Shown: piece by piece, positions 1 to 18,275 of the stretch
Layout of the letters: every line of letters begins with the position of its first letter
Numbering within the stretch: position 1 is the stretch's first letter
Assembly: GCA_964016885.1 (NCBI GenBank)
Contig: OZ024743.1
Coordinates: 110,112,001-110,176,000, forward strand
Reading direction: 5' to 3'
DNA from: Eledone cirrhosa
Taxonomy: Eukaryota
Length of the DNA: 64,000 nt
Notes under the pieces: model-generated
Database searches by the model: none
Told to the model about the DNA's origin: nothing
The model's input: only the letters and a program-made list of their open reading frames with translations
Made by a program: the position numbers and the translations under genes

Positions 1-469
1 ATGTAAACGTATATATGGATACACATTCAGATGTCGTTATTTCGTATCAAGAATCGTTGATTAGTTTAGCAGTCGCAAACTCCAAATAATAAGTACTGGT
101 GTAAGCATGATTATGCACTCCAATTGAATACACATATCCCTGTATGATATGGTATCGTGCAGGTCAGTGAATGATGGAGCACTGGTATAATAATGAAGAA
201 AGCAATAATATTTTACTTTTCCACTCTAGATTTATTAAGTAATAACTCTATAATAAATATGATTTGTTGAAGTGAAACGTTACAGCTTTCTTCATATATA
301 TATATATATATATATATATGACAAATATGGGGAGAAGAATACTGCATGGTTGCACATGGATTACATATTATAAAATGAGTCCCTCATCAGTGATTTGCCA
401 ACGATCATTGGTATTTCATCGCATATATATATTGCAAGGTATTGGATATGAAATCGTGTTGAGACAAAT

Positions 470-950
470 ATTGTTATATTTGGGGGAGGGTCATACTGTT
501 ATAATATTACCAGAAATAATGATAGAACAAACTCACATACACATGAACAAGAACACACACACCCATCAGCAAACACACATGCAAATGCATGCGTAAAGAG
601 AGACAGAGAGAAGGATAAATAAATAGATAAATACAATTTTAATGGAGTAGGCATTACAATGCAACTGGAGGAAGCCTAATAGTACCAGTGATGATGTCAC
701 AAAGGTGTTACAAAAGAATTTTGATAGAATATATAATTATATATATACATATATATATATATATATACATATTTATATCGGAATATTTAATCGTTGGTCA
801 ATCAATGATAAACATTGATTGCGAGATACATTAACTATGGAGATATAAAATGATTCAGAAGCGAAAACCAACCCAGACTAAACAGTGAGTGTGTTCTATT
901 ATTATTTCTGGCAATATTATAACAATATGACCCTCCCCAAATATAACAAC
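470..950 (+). mobile_element. PLE 3' end (pLTR, family B) preceded by a short inverted copy of its own terminus
   Basis: 470-540 is the approximate reverse complement of 885-950 (gaccctccccaaatataacaa). 660-915 resembles the reverse complement of 59940-60170. A decayed hammerhead lies at ~683-725. Ends in (TA)n. Confidence 0.7.
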
Positions 951-1014
<64 letters not shown>

Positions 1015-1020
<6 letters not shown>

Positions 1021-2165
1021 TTTCTACGATGACAGATAGAAGCTGATATATGTATTGTGGAGTCAGGTCAAAGCAGTATATGCTGTATATAATGAGACAG
1101 AGAGTCACATGGTTGACCACTGCATGAGCGGGTACTGTCGTATAGTAGGAAGCAACGTATACCTGCTGACTTAAAAGTTGGTTAAATTGTAGTTTATGTA
1201 GTCTTTGTATGACTTCGTCGGAGCTGCTGACGAGTCCAGGAAAAAGTACCAAGCATAGGCTTGAGAATCTGCGAGAGTAACCAGGCGATTATATATAGGG
1301 ATCCTTCTATACTCGAGACAATTGGTCAAATCTGTAGATGAACATTCGTTTTGTGGGTTATAATGAGGTGGTAGAACGTTGTAGTCTGCTGTTTCTGGTG
1401 GTGAGATTATTTTTATAATTGTTTCTGTGTTGACTACGTCTGCAGATATCCGTCCAGGTGTTGTTGATATGATCTTCAATCTGGGATGCAGCAATGTCTG
1501 TGTTAGATGCTCATATGACAAGCTGTTTTATGTGTGTCTCCAGATGACGCAGAATTATTTCCCTTTGTCGGAAGGGAGGTATACAAAGTCCTTCTTTCGC
1601 ATGTTGTTTAGAATGAGATTTTCATTCCTGGAGAGGTTAGGGAGTACCTTCTAATGTTTCAGTAATATGCTAAAAATAGACTGCTTAAGTCTGGAGAATT
1701 TGAGGTCAAGCTCTCAGTTGATATGTGGTGGAGAGTGTGGGTGGCTTAAGTGGTATATAGGAAATTTGATGTTGTTCATCGCAGTAGTAGCGATTATTAC
1801 TGCGAGTCATTTGAATTAGTAAGCAGCTGGGCACAAGCTGGCTTCAAGATTTAGTTTCTTTCTGTCGTTTAGTCGCTGATTTAATATACATTTTTAACCA
1901 AGGGTGAAGAGCTTAAGTTCTTCGTGTGATAGTGATCCTGTCAATCTGTGACGAGAGTTGTGGTATTGTTTGAAGTATCAGTGATCTCTCTGGTGGTAGT
2001 TTCTCGACTGTTTCTGTTGTTGCATGAAGATTTGTTGTTCCGGTGGTGTTCCTTGCAAAGCCATAGGAACATTCGTTTCAGGCGTTTCTTCTCGAGATTG
2101 ATGGGATTGCGATAACATCGATTTATAGCAGTGATTGTCTTCTGGAGCAGTGACATTTAGGTCGC
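1015..2165 (-). pseudogene. Decayed Penelope-like reverse transcriptase, N-terminal half
   Basis: Minus-strand frames give DFVYLPSDKG (PLE DKG motif), VASYYTTVP (resembles DVxSLYTNVP) and IYQLLSVIVENTY. Frameshifted, and cut by (TA)n before the YxDD motif. Confidence 0.65.
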
Positions 2166-2371
2166 GAAGTATTGGAAATATAAAAGAGCATCAACAGTAA
2201 AAATATATGAAGCAAAGATTATTAGGTAACTTTACTTTTCGTTACCTCATCTTACAGTCCATTTTGCTCTTTCAACTTTATATATTATATACAATGCATC
2301 AAGCAAATTATAACATTGTATTATATGCATATATATAAGTATATACGTTCAACAAACTGGCAGGAAGGTAT

Positions 2372-2414
2372 ACGTTGCTGACGTTAGCTAATAAGCTTGA
2401 AACTAGTACAGCGT
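2372..2414 (+). ncRNA. Minimal type I hammerhead ribozyme motif (family G)
   Basis: ACGTTG-CTGACGT-T AGCT aata AGCT T-GAAA-CTAG-TA-CAGCGT: 6-bp stem I, palindromic ACTAGT helix III, GUA site, A9U deviation. Flanked by a longer stem gttcaaca.../...tgttgaac. The 3' part of the same family recurs at 4795-4875. Confidence 0.7.
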
Positions 2415-2675
2415 TCTTTTGTCAGTGTTGAACAAATGAACAACGATGGTTGCTGGACACTACGGCTTAATACGGGATGTTTGTTTACAAACACACCGAG
2501 CATTATAATAAATGTTCGGTGAATCCATACGTACATATACATATGTGTGCATGTATGTATATATATGTACATACTACTGTACATCTGTATACATATATGA
2601 ATGTACGTGTATATACTTATATTTAAGTAACAGACGTACTAAGTGTGGGCAATGAAATTTCGTTTCATTTTTTCC

Positions 2676-2723
<48 letters not shown>

Positions 2724-3049
2724 ATGCGTGTGTGTGTGTGTGTGTATGTGTGTGTGTGTGTGTGTGTATGTGTGTGTGTGTCTGTGTGTGTGTGTGTGCT
2801 CGTGCTTGTGCGCGTGCGTGAGTGTGTGTATATATATATATAACAAATTTAATATAGAGAATGCTTGTATAGGAATAGAACTGTTTCATTCGAAGAAAAC
2901 CATCGACTTTCCCGAGTATTTCCATCGAATGATTGAGGTCAAGTCCAGAACAATCCATTTCTATATCATATTTGTTGTATGCAATGTACTTACATATTGC
3001 GTATATCGCTTACAGTGGTTATCCGCGATTGAATGGCGGGCTCGCACAC

Positions 3050-3096
<47 letters not shown>

Positions 3097-3097
3097 C

Positions 3098-3373
<276 letters not shown>

Positions 3374-3382
3374 ATATATATG

Positions 3383-3423
<41 letters not shown>

Positions 3424-4164
3424 GTATAAATACATATATTTATATAAACATAGGAACATATACAGATGACCTTACCTCGTGTCAAGTAATCTTTTGCTGT
3501 CGTAAACCCTAATTAATAATCTATTTATATATATATTTAAGAGAAATATCTATGGCACGGACATAGAACGACTGAAGATGATGATGATGATGATGATTGA
3601 ATCAGGATGAAAGTAAGATTAGCAGAAGGGGGCCTTTTCGGGTGATGATTATTATGATGAATAGGGTAATTGATATGAATAGAAAAAAATTCCTTTGTTG
3701 GGGGTGAATACATATTTACTAAAAAATGGAATTACTTGAGGAAACTTCTGTTTGCTACATATGTGGTATTTCACCTGTGCGCAGTCCAGTTTCAATTTTT
3801 TCTTTTATCTACTTTTACTTCATCATGGTTTTTTTGTTTTCCTAAAGTAAATTCATCAACCACTAAATACCTTATAAACTCAGATAACCATGAATGTTAT
3901 TTTCTATTCATTTCATCAGTATCACCATCTTATACATTTCTGCATACCACCAGCATTACCATGCACAAGCAGACATCTTCAGAATCATTTCATATGATTC
4001 ATTTCATTCACTACAACTGACAAACGCCATGAACAAATTACTGTTTCTTTATTTATTCCTATTTCAACCTGGTCACATATGTAGAGAGAGATCTTTGAAA
4101 TATTAGCATTGAAAGAAGACTAGTCACCATATCTCTAGCTTGCATTTCCTGTTACAGCTCTTGA

Positions 4165-4280
4165 GGGTCTGAGTTCAACTCCCACCGAGGTTAACTTTGC
4201 CTTTCATCCTTATGGGGTCGATAAAATAAAGTACAAGTAATGCACTGGGATGATTGCTGGCATTGTTCCAAAAGTAGAAA
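4165..4280 (+). mobile_element. 5'-truncated tRNA-derived SINE
   Basis: B-box-like gagttcaactcc followed by the core aactttgcctttcatccttatggggtcgataaaataaagtac, shared with other copies. Confidence 0.8.
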
Positions 4281-4427
4281 AAATTATATAAGATACTGTC
4301 AGTACTCGCTTCATAGGTTCCCGATTGAATATTGGCACCACAGAAATGCGTATTACGGCGAACTATATAATATAGGGAAATATTGAAGTCAAGCTCTCGT
4401 ATGTTATGATTATTCGACGCATATAAG

Positions 4428-4568
<141 letters not shown>

Positions 4569-4574
4569 CATATA

Positions 4575-4619
<45 letters not shown>

Positions 4620-4638
4620 TATATATAATATATACATA

Positions 4639-4766
<128 letters not shown>

Positions 4767-7256
4767 CGTTTATATATATATAAACGCTATAAATGCTAGA
4801 CACTACGGCTTAATACGGGATGTTTGTTTACAAACATATCGAGCATTATAATAAATGTTCGGTGAATCCATACGTACATATATATATGTGTGCATGTATG
4901 TATGTATATATATACATACTACTGTGCGTCTGTATACATATATGTATGTACGTGTACATACTTATATATATAGTAATGGAAGAAAATAGGTTAATAGTAC
5001 GTCCAGTGCTGACATAACTTCTTTTCAAAATAAAGATTAGTCAACGTTACATCTTTTAAATCATTTATTATTACGCTTATAATGCATTCTCACTAACCTT
5101 GCGTCATAGTTTTGTAATAAGGTTTCTTTGAATTAAATGCATTAAAAAGCAAATCTTTTCAGAATTATCAGATTTGATAAAAAAGAGAAAAGTAATAATT
5201 CAATACCTGGTGTAGAGTTATCCATCATGTATAGAGACTTTGCATCAAAACTAGATGTACCGATGCCCCCTGTCTTATGAATGCACATTTAAACGATTTA
5301 ATGAAAGTGTATTTCAATATATTATACCATATTCTTTCTTCTATAAATAATAAATTGAGCCTGTCCAGTTTTACGGACCTCACACATGACTTAGAAATGT
5401 TAGGTTATTTCTTTACCTTTGATGACAAGGGAAGGCGGAAAGAGCGCGTAGCTAGCTACCTCACCATCATTAATCAAACTTGCTTTAGAAACCGTGAGCA
5501 TGTAACAATACTTTGAACAGACTTTTGACAAAGATTGCAAACTTTTTGAATAGAGACTTGTTGGCGCCACATGCTTTGTGAGGAGCAAAGGAAAAACAAT
5601 ACATTTATAGTTATATAAATATATATGTGTGTGTATGTGTGCGTGCATCTATGTGTGTATTTGTGTATGTGTGTGCGTGTGTGGCAATTTTGTTAACTCA
5701 GAGTTAACAGCCGCAAAACACGGATTGTGACTACACGAATAGTCTAATATGTTAGGCTTATAAAACCTTATAGACTGTAGGAACCAGATGGTATTATGTA
5801 TACGACTAAACAGATCCACTTAATACTGGGTTCCTGTACTATCATTCCATCAGTGTGAGGTCAATCACTATTTTCCGTCTTTACGTTTTTTCTCGATCTG
5901 TCTGCATTGTAAATACAAATGTATTTTGAGAAATTTTGAGTGAGTTACGAAATGTATATATTAACTCGGTGTTGATTGCTATAATACATATGATTTTGAC
6001 AATGAACAATAATCAAATTAACTGGTACATAATCACTTGAGAACAGAATATAAAGTAAACAATTACACCAGAGTGAGCTTAACTACTACTTTCTACGTTA
6101 GTGTGTTGGTGTTACTGCCTGGTTAATAAGAAATAAGTTGATTACTTTCAACCACATTTACATCGATCAGTTCTGGATATATCAAATATAGCCTGCTTAA
6201 AAAATGTCCATTTTTTTAATTACAAGATATATATGGTCTTGAAAGGGAAGCGTAAACCTTCAATTGCTGTTTTTCTTCAGCTTCTTAAAAGCTTCATGAG
6301 GATATTAACTTCTTCAGAATATTAATTTTCAATTTTGAAGACATCGTCTTTAATTATTACCATACCTATTGACAGGATAGTGCTATTTGCTCCAGGGCCC
6401 AGATGTTTTGGAATAATGAACCTGCATGTTTAGAGGTGTTGTGAATCGACGATTAATATTGTTTGTCATGCACACTAATGTATTTTGTTTGCTTTTTTTT
6501 TTTTTACAAATTACTCCTTCACTATTTTCACAACTATTTTCGTAAACAAATTTCTGTTTAGTATGCAAGTTGTTTCTTTGTTTTGCTTTCATTCTGTGTA
6601 TTAATATTATTTTTATTGAAATTGTTATTCTGTTAGCGATCTGTTATACCTGGATATAAAGGACGAAGTCGTTAGGTGTTCATGAAAAATGAAACAGTAT
6701 GCAGTTCATTCTTCAGTGTCACGTTTTGAGTTCAATGTCCACATATTTATATTCGTGTCTTGACAGGTAATATACACAGTTGCTGCATATTATATATTTC
6801 CAATAGATTACACCCGCACATTATAACAAGTTTCTATGCTTCAATTTCAAATATTGACAAAGTGTACAACTGATCATTTTTTATTTATTTATAGTGGTAT
6901 CCTTATTGCGTAAGCATTAATAACTGTCATTGATATTGTCAAGAGTGTGAATCTAATGGCTATATGGTACGATAATAACTGAATATGTCGAGCTTACTAT
7001 ATTCACTTTGCGAATGACCGTTCTATTTTAGGCTTCTTTTTGAGATGTGTTCAAAGCTAAATCTCAATTATTTTGGCATTATGAAGACGTGACTTAGAAA
7101 CGATTGTGATGCAACAACTTGTTTTGTTTGAATTTCCTAAGAGGGATGTTAGATTACCGTGTTTGACTTTTCATGTTCTAAGAGCTATTAACCTATGTTT
7201 ATATATGTTCCCTTAATTATAATGGAGAACTAAATCAAATATCGACCAAATTGGGA

Positions 7257-7309
<53 letters not shown>

Positions 7310-7463
7310 TAAATAGATTAGTCAATATATTGATTTATCATGATCAATAGAACCTCTGAAACGATTGTGAAACAATGAAATAGTCAAATAGTCAATTAGA
7401 GAAATAGATAGATGAGTGAGTTAGATAGCCATAGGGTGACAGCATTTATAGTTATTTGATTAA

Positions 7464-7505
<42 letters not shown>

Positions 7506-8360
7506 CAATAATATAATATATTTATAAGTGTGTGTGTGTCTGTGTGTGTGTATGTGTGTGTATGTGTGTGTATGTGTGTGTGTATGTCTGTATAAACGCA
7601 ATTTAAATTTTGCTTCAAATTCTTTATTTTGAAATCTGTTATATATAAATGTATTAGGCCAACTATATTTTTAAAAAAAGATGGTATGCTATGATGGAAA
7701 CATGAAATAATGGATAAAAACAAAATTAAGTAATAAAAAGGAGCAGGAGTAATGAAGGTTTGGGCTGGTTGTATAAGAACATAAAGGAAAGAACCATAAA
7801 TGCCATAAATTAGAGAAGATCATTTCTAAATTATCAGTTGATTGCAATGATTTTTATGTCTATCTACCGACAAACACATTAGTTTAGAATTATGGGATCT
7901 GTTCTGCTTGAAGCTATTTACAATAGCTGGAAATAAATCGTATGCTATGTACACAGGGCAACGTGGTAAAATGGAAATAATTGTTATGTACGTCTATAAA
8001 AAAATAGTATAATTATCACGAATTGATCCACAATGTCACCAATTTGTGAGGGAGGGAAAACCGTTTATAACTACACTTTTAATTTAATCGTACTATCGGC
8101 TTGCAGTTTACTTCACTGCTACTATATTTTATCGACCTCAGTATGATGATATGCAAAGTTGCCCTCGGCAGGATTTGAAATAAGAAACTGAAGAGCACTT
8201 ACTTATTGCAGCAAAGAGTTTTGTCTCAAGATTCTACAGTTTCTGTTAATCCATTCCCTTTAAATTTTAATCTAGATGCAAGGACAGCAATTATTGGCAT
8301 GGGGAAATTGATTATACCGATCTCTTCATTTGGCCGTCATTATATTTAATACATGGATAA

Positions 8361-8550
8361 GGGCGGTGGATTGGCAGTATTGGTAGAGGGTCGGACGCCA
8401 TGTTTTGACGTATAGAGTTACGGCCCTTGTCTTTCTGAGTTCAAATCCCACCAAGGTTAACTTTGCCTTTCATCCTTACGGGGTCGATAAAATAAAGTAC
8501 CAGTAATACACTGGGTCATTTCTGGCCTTGTGCCTAACGTAGAAACAATT
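8361..8550 (+). mobile_element. Full-length tRNA-derived SINE
   Basis: A box tggcagtattgg, B box gagttcaaatcc, core gcctttcatccttacggggtcgataaaataaagtacc (resembles the MetaSINE core, from memory), tail gccttgtgcctaacgtagaaacaatt. A decayed minus copy lies at ~8120-8190. Confidence 0.85.
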
Positions 8551-8980
8551 ATATTTTATACACATCAGAAAGATAAAAAGAGAAGTTAAACCTGGTAAGA
8601 CTTCAACTCAGGACGTATAGCATTTTGTCGGAAGCACGAATGATTCACCCAATATACCACCCTACCATCTACTGTATGGTTAAATAAGTCATTGATTACC
8701 AATAGTACCGATCGAAAAGTTAATTACTCTCATGTCATAATGTACCAATAGGAAATAACATTTACTATTACGAAAACACCAAATTTCACCGAGCAAAGTA
8801 TATAGCAAATAGTCTGCAGCTCCTCAATAATATTTTAGGCAGAGGAATGTATCATGGTTGTTTGATAATGCATATAATCTCAGCCGAATATATAATGTAC
8901 TACCTACAACACTTCAATAGTTCGTATGTGGTGCATATCTATGCATATCTATGTATTTCATTAGTCTTTTGTAGCCAATA

Positions 8981-9067
<87 letters not shown>

Positions 9068-9069
9068 TT

Positions 9070-9471
9070 AAAAGAATAGAGGTGTAACACACAAGTTATT
9101 ATATATTGGTAAACGGAGTAGAAAATGCTGACAAGTTGTTCACAGTGAAAAGTTGTTTAATTAGGAATAAGTGAGAATTAGTAATTGTATTGGTTAGTAT
9201 TCAGTTTTGGTTTTAAGTTCTAACGGTTACGCATTTCTAATGCTTTTCAAAAATAATTTTGAGATAGAGCGTCTGTGATGTTTGCTCTGATCAGAGCAAA
9301 CATCACAGACGCTCTATCTCAAAATTATTTTTGAAAAGCACTAGAAATGCGTAACCGTTAGAACTTAAAACCAAAACTGAATACTAACCAATACAATTAC
9401 TAATTCTCACTTATTCCTAATTAAACTATTTTTCACTGTGAACAATTTGTCAGCATTTTCTATTCCGTTTA

Positions 9472-9476
<5 letters not shown>
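9070..9476. repeat. Spacer-less palindrome, family D, arms ~185 bp
   Basis: Symmetry centre gctctga|tcagagc at 9290/9291. Arms match out to atattggtaaacgg / ccgtttaccaatat. (TA)n on both sides. Confidence 0.95.
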
Positions 9477-9861
<385 letters not shown>

Positions 9862-10123
9862 TGTGCGTGTATATAAATTATCGTAAAGTTAAATTCAATG
9901 CGGTTTCGTTGCTACCATTGGATTACGACCACGCCTTTGACATAGATCGAAATATGTATACGTACCTCGATACAAAAATGCATACACACATGATATATAT
10001 GTAAATAGTTAGATGTAAAGTAAATATAGAATGACTGCCTAATAGTAGAATTCAGAATACGTTGACTATATGTTATTGCTCTATAGAACCTACCTATACT
10101 AGCCCATATTGCAACTCTCCTAT

Positions 10124-10218
<95 letters not shown>

Positions 10219-10219
10219 G

Positions 10220-10259
<40 letters not shown>

Positions 10260-11807
10260 TCATGTGTGTGTTTGTATTCATGTTAGTACGTGTATATACG
10301 TACATTTACACAGATATGCATATGTACATATACATATGTTTTCATGTAAATAGGTAGATGTATCGATAGATATATAATAATAGCTTATCTTCTATTTGTA
10401 TGTTTGATTATCTGTGTTGTTGTTTTATAAGAAAAGCAGTATAATATCACATGTAGAATATGAAGGAAAAATAATTTTTTGAAAAAAAATAAAAAAGGAA
10501 ATATGACTGCATACAACAAAGCATAATCTCAATGTTTGGAAAGGAGAGTTTTAAATCTACTTTATATCACTATAAACTGACAATATTAATTCGTTATTAA
10601 TATGAGATTTGAGAAAATAAACATTCATACAATAAATAGTTGGAAAAATATGTATATGATAATGTATATAGAAGATAAGAAAATATTAAAAACAACAGAA
10701 TAAACCATAATAAAATAAAATAGTCATTATCTTTTAGAAAGAGAATAATTACAAACCTTGAAATAAAAGATATGTTAAAAAAGAAAACAATTAAAATAGA
10801 GTAAAATTGAAATAATATAAAGCAGCACTGCAATAAGAATATTTAATAAAAAAACGATATAAATTAAAGAAAATTATAATATAAAAAAAAATAGTCAAAC
10901 GAAGGATATGAATGACAAAATCATTTCCTCGGCAACAGTAATTGCGTTGTCATAAACAGATAAAATTTCAAACTCCCCTATCAGCTAATTTGCATATTTT
11001 AGCCCTGTCATATTTGAGTAGAAGATTAAAATACGTATTGCACATGTTTGTAAATGATGGGGTTTATTCTCTAAGTTTCAGCGTGTGAGGGAAACGAGAG
11101 GAAATTGATGCCGCAAATATCATCATTTCCATGACAGTTTAAAATGTTTCGATGATAGGAATAGATGAATATTCAAAGAAGTTTGACCTCACACGCTGTG
11201 AGTATGTTTACCGTAGTACACGAAACTAGAGAATGAAGAAACAAAAAAATATTAGTTAAATAATATATATATAACTGTTTAAACATTTTAAAATATTGTT
11301 TGATAAAGGCAAGAATAAAACGTGGGGAGAATCTTCATATGCTATAATAAGGTCTCCTCAGAATAATTGTTAGCCGATTTCAATCTTTCTCGAGATTAGT
11401 TTGTATGGCTATAAGTAATTGTAATTACATATGCATATACACATAAATAAGCCCCCCCGCTCTCTATCTCTCTCTCTCTCTCTCATATATGTATATATGT
11501 ATGTATATATTTATTGTGCATGTGAAGAGGTTCCATAGAATATATTAGGAAAAATGCGCTGTATGTTAAGTAAAGAGCTAAAGTATATAATTATAAATAT
11601 ATTCTCAACACAGCGATATGCTACCTAAGATTTCAAAGCCTATATATACTAGAGACCGTATTTTCGCTGGTACAGCTTATCATTCAGGCAATGGCGTTAT
11701 TTTCAAGATATCTCAAGTGAAACGGAGCTAATCATAATACAATAATAGTTTTGTGCTTTTGTCATTGAGGGGAAGCATCTCCTATATCTATAATTATATA
11801 TTTTTAA

Positions 11808-11870
<63 letters not shown>

Positions 11871-12130
11871 AACGAGTAGGACCCCCACAGCTGAGCTCAA
11901 GCCGTTTCGACGGGTAATTCTGGACTCAGAATTAGCCGTCGGGGTCCTACTCGTTCCTATTACCGACTCTACTACCCTAAGTATTGGGTACTTTGGTGCG
12001 TTATGGTCCTCCTGGTTCCATACCACTTTTCCTTCGTTATCTAGCTCCTATTCCCGTAGTACACCACTTTCCGACCCTACCACGCCGTATCCAGACTTTT
12101 CCGCTAAGCTCAAGTTCTTTCACCCGCACC

Positions 12131-12235
12131 ATGCGAAAACACAACATCGACTTCTCTACCAAGAACATTCCAGTTCCACCGAAAACACTTTACCTTCGGA
12201 TGCTCACGCAAAAAATCGATCTATTTGCGAAAAGA
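12131..12235 (+). pseudogene. N-terminus of a PLE ORF (Naiad-like) directly downstream of a family C repeat
   Basis: MRKHNIDFSTKNIPVPPKTLYLRMLTQKIDLFAKR resembles the YSxKNIPxP..Y...L..K...F.KRMRWKA start of Naiad-type PLE proteins (from memory). Truncated, then a second family C copy follows. Confidence 0.6.
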
Positions 12236-12394
12236 AAAAAGGAGAGAAAAAAGAAAGAGTCCAGAATTAGCCGTCGAAACGGCTCGAGCTCAGCCGTCGG
12301 AGTTCTACTCGTTCCTATTACCCACTCTACTACCCTAAATATTGAGTACTTTGGTGCGTTATAGTCCACTTGGTTCCTTACCACTTTTCCTTCG

Positions 12395-12435
<41 letters not shown>

Positions 12436-12441
<6 letters not shown>

Positions 12442-12655
12442 GAACACTGGAAGGTAATATCCGTAGTGGTAGAGCACTCAGTCCATGGGACGAGTTAGGT
12501 AGAAGTCGTTACACAACAGTTAGTTCACCATACCGAGAACAATTGTTTTACCTTAGCGCATCCTCAGCTCGAAATGTCCATTACGAGCTGAGGATCCGTT
12601 AAGATGAAACAATTTTTGTCGGTATGGTGAATTAACTGTTGTGTAACCACTTCTA
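12436..12655. mobile_element. Fold-back short element, family E, hammerhead motif in each arm
   Basis: 12500-12571 is inverted at 12584-12655. Motif (C)CGAG-CTGAgGA..GAAA-CAATTG-TT-CTCGG, with each arm individually mutated. Flanked by (TA)n. Confidence 0.85.
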
Positions 12656-12946
12656 AATATATATATATATATAGTTTATTTTGCAATACACTGTATGTTC
12701 TCTCTCTCAGCCCTCCTCTCTCTATCTCTCTTTGTATATACAGTATATATATATATAGGAACAAGTAAGACCCCGACGGCTGAGCTCAAGCCGTTTCGAC
12801 GGCTAATTCTGTACAGAATTAACCGTCGAAACGCCTTGAGCTCAGCCGTCGGGGTCTTACTTGTTCCTATTACCCACTCTACTACCCTAAGTATTGAGTA
12901 CTTTGGTGCGTTATGGTCCACCTGGTTCCTTACCACATTTCCTTCG

Positions 12947-12992
<46 letters not shown>

Positions 12993-13001
12993 ATATAAAT
13001 A

Positions 13002-13975
<974 letters not shown>

Positions 13976-14451
13976 ATAATGTACATAATGTATATACATA
14001 GAGAGATAGAGAGGGGAGGGTGAGAGAGCGAAAAGAAAGTAGACGAAAGTGTGAGAAAGTGTGCGTTGCAATCATGTATGTGTGTGTATAAATGTGTAAC
14101 TATAATGTATTTATATAACATATGGATGAAAACATATAAATATGAATGCATGTATTCATATGTTATCTAAAACGAGTCTATTAAAGCATTTATGTAAATC
14201 ATACAACTTACGAGGTTGCATACTAGAATAATATGCACTCTCCTAGGTTTATGCGCCTAAATGTGCGGATGTATATCTGTAAAGATGTATATGAATTATG
14301 TATATACGCGTGTGCAATGATTTTTACATATCTCCATATATTGATGGCAATACATGTACAAGTGTTCATTCATGACAAAATGATATACATTCGTGTTAAA
14401 TTCTATTTACAGAAAACTAATTACCCACATAGGCGTATCAATCATATATAC

Positions 14452-14543
<92 letters not shown>

Positions 14544-14658
14544 CGGCTTGAGCTCAGCCGCCGGGGTCCTACTTGTTCCTATTACCCACTCTACTACCCT
14601 AAGTATTAAGTACTTTGGTGCGTTATGGTCCACCTGGCTCCTTACCACATTTCCTTCG

Positions 14659-14737
<79 letters not shown>

Positions 14738-14751
14738 TGTGTGTGGATGTG

Positions 14752-14789
<38 letters not shown>

Positions 14790-16318
14790 TGTGTGTGTTT
14801 GTGTGTCTGTCTGTCTGTCTGCGTCTGTTTGTATGTGTAGTTATATATATATGTGTATGTAAGTGTGTGTGTGTGTGTTCGAGTTATTTGCCTCTTATTG
14901 TGGAATTATTTATGATAAAATGATTTATCGTTATATAAGTATAACATTAATCTAGTATTTAACTAGGTTTATACAATTCAACATTTTTTCTCCCTGCCCA
15001 TTTACATATATATTACACGGAATAGTTCTTAGTTTACATTCGTATATTTATTACAACATACATAATAACATTTATTCTATCTACTTATACTTAATTTGAT
15101 TATATGTTTTATCTTTACTTTCATGTCGGTGTTGACGATGGTTGTTCAATAGATTTATCACTAGAACTACATTCTAATTGAATTATAGTATTGTTGATTA
15201 ATTATTCCACATATAATCAATGTGAAGCTGTGCGTGAGAAATATTGTAATTTCAGTTACATGTACACCCGTTCCACATGGTTTTCACTCAGTTTCTCCCT
15301 AACCAATCTACTCACAAGAATTGACTATACCTAATTGTACTTTAGGAGACATCTGCCGATATTATTCTACTATAGAATATAACTTCGATCTATTTAAAGC
15401 TAGTCTACTACATCCTCTGCAATGCTTGCATACATTTAAAACGTATATGCATGTAACAATAATGAAGACAAATTTAACCATTATATATACTAGCTTTACA
15501 CGATGCACTTTCCATATCTGTTGCATCTTATGATATATATATATATTTAGCGAGATGAAACTAAACGACTTTCGTTTTACTGATATGATTTTATGCATAT
15601 AATAAATGATTATATGTCAAAATACATATGTGCCAATAAAATGTTGAGTAAAGGCATATCAATTTAATGTTATAAATCTTATCAATAGTTCCTGAAACGT
15701 TATACCATATTTTCAGAGTTCAAGGTCAGGATGTCCATATGTTTAATCCTGTATGTTAAGCCCATATAATAAAATATTCAACACATGTTTACCTTCATGG
15801 CAATGAACAGAATATCGGTTCGATCGTGAACTGCAGTCGTCTTACTCATATCTGAAACATTGATCATTTCATTGATATAGGAACACTATTGTTCTTTTGT
15901 CAGAAATTACATTTGTGTCAGTATCGATAGGATAAGAAAAGGAAAAATTTCACTGTGGTGCGTGAGCAAGTTATATAAGAATCCGACTTGTCAAAATCAG
16001 AATTTTAAGTGATAGTCAGTTTCATATAATATACTAGGATCGTTCCGATTACAGCATGAAATAATGGTTAAGTGTTTCTCTTTGCTATCATCGAGAGTCG
16101 GGACATGTCATTTATCATAGCACCGCGACAGCCCATTTCTTGTGAAATATCTTGGTTGACGGAATCTGTTTAGAATATCGTCGCGGGGTCTACAGCAGTA
16201 ATTGAATAGCTGCCCATGTCACACAGTGTATCACACCGCATCTCCCAGAGAATACAGTTAAGGGCATACGTGTAGGGGAAAATAAACAGCCTCCACCTTG
16301 TAATATATTTACGTCCGA

Positions 16319-18274
<1,956 letters not shown>

Positions 18275-18275
<1 letters not shown>

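Noticed and set aside
5205-6425. Possible small minus-strand exons (GGIGTSSFDAKSLYMMDNSTP at ~5208-5270; FIIPKHLGPGANSTILSI at ~6367-6421)
   Set aside because: They have AG/GT boundaries, but no recognisable protein or consistent chain. RNA-seq is needed.
8361-8450. tRNA gene
   Set aside because: A and B boxes belong to a SINE head, and there is no cloverleaf.
9070-9476. Reading the palindromes as MITEs or DNA transposons
   Set aside because: The arms are asymmetric, monomers exist, arms share copy-specific variants, and related families carry hammerheads or PLE coding sequence.
15690-15855. Candidate micro-exons
   Set aside because: Phases do not join without a stop, and either strand is equally plausible.
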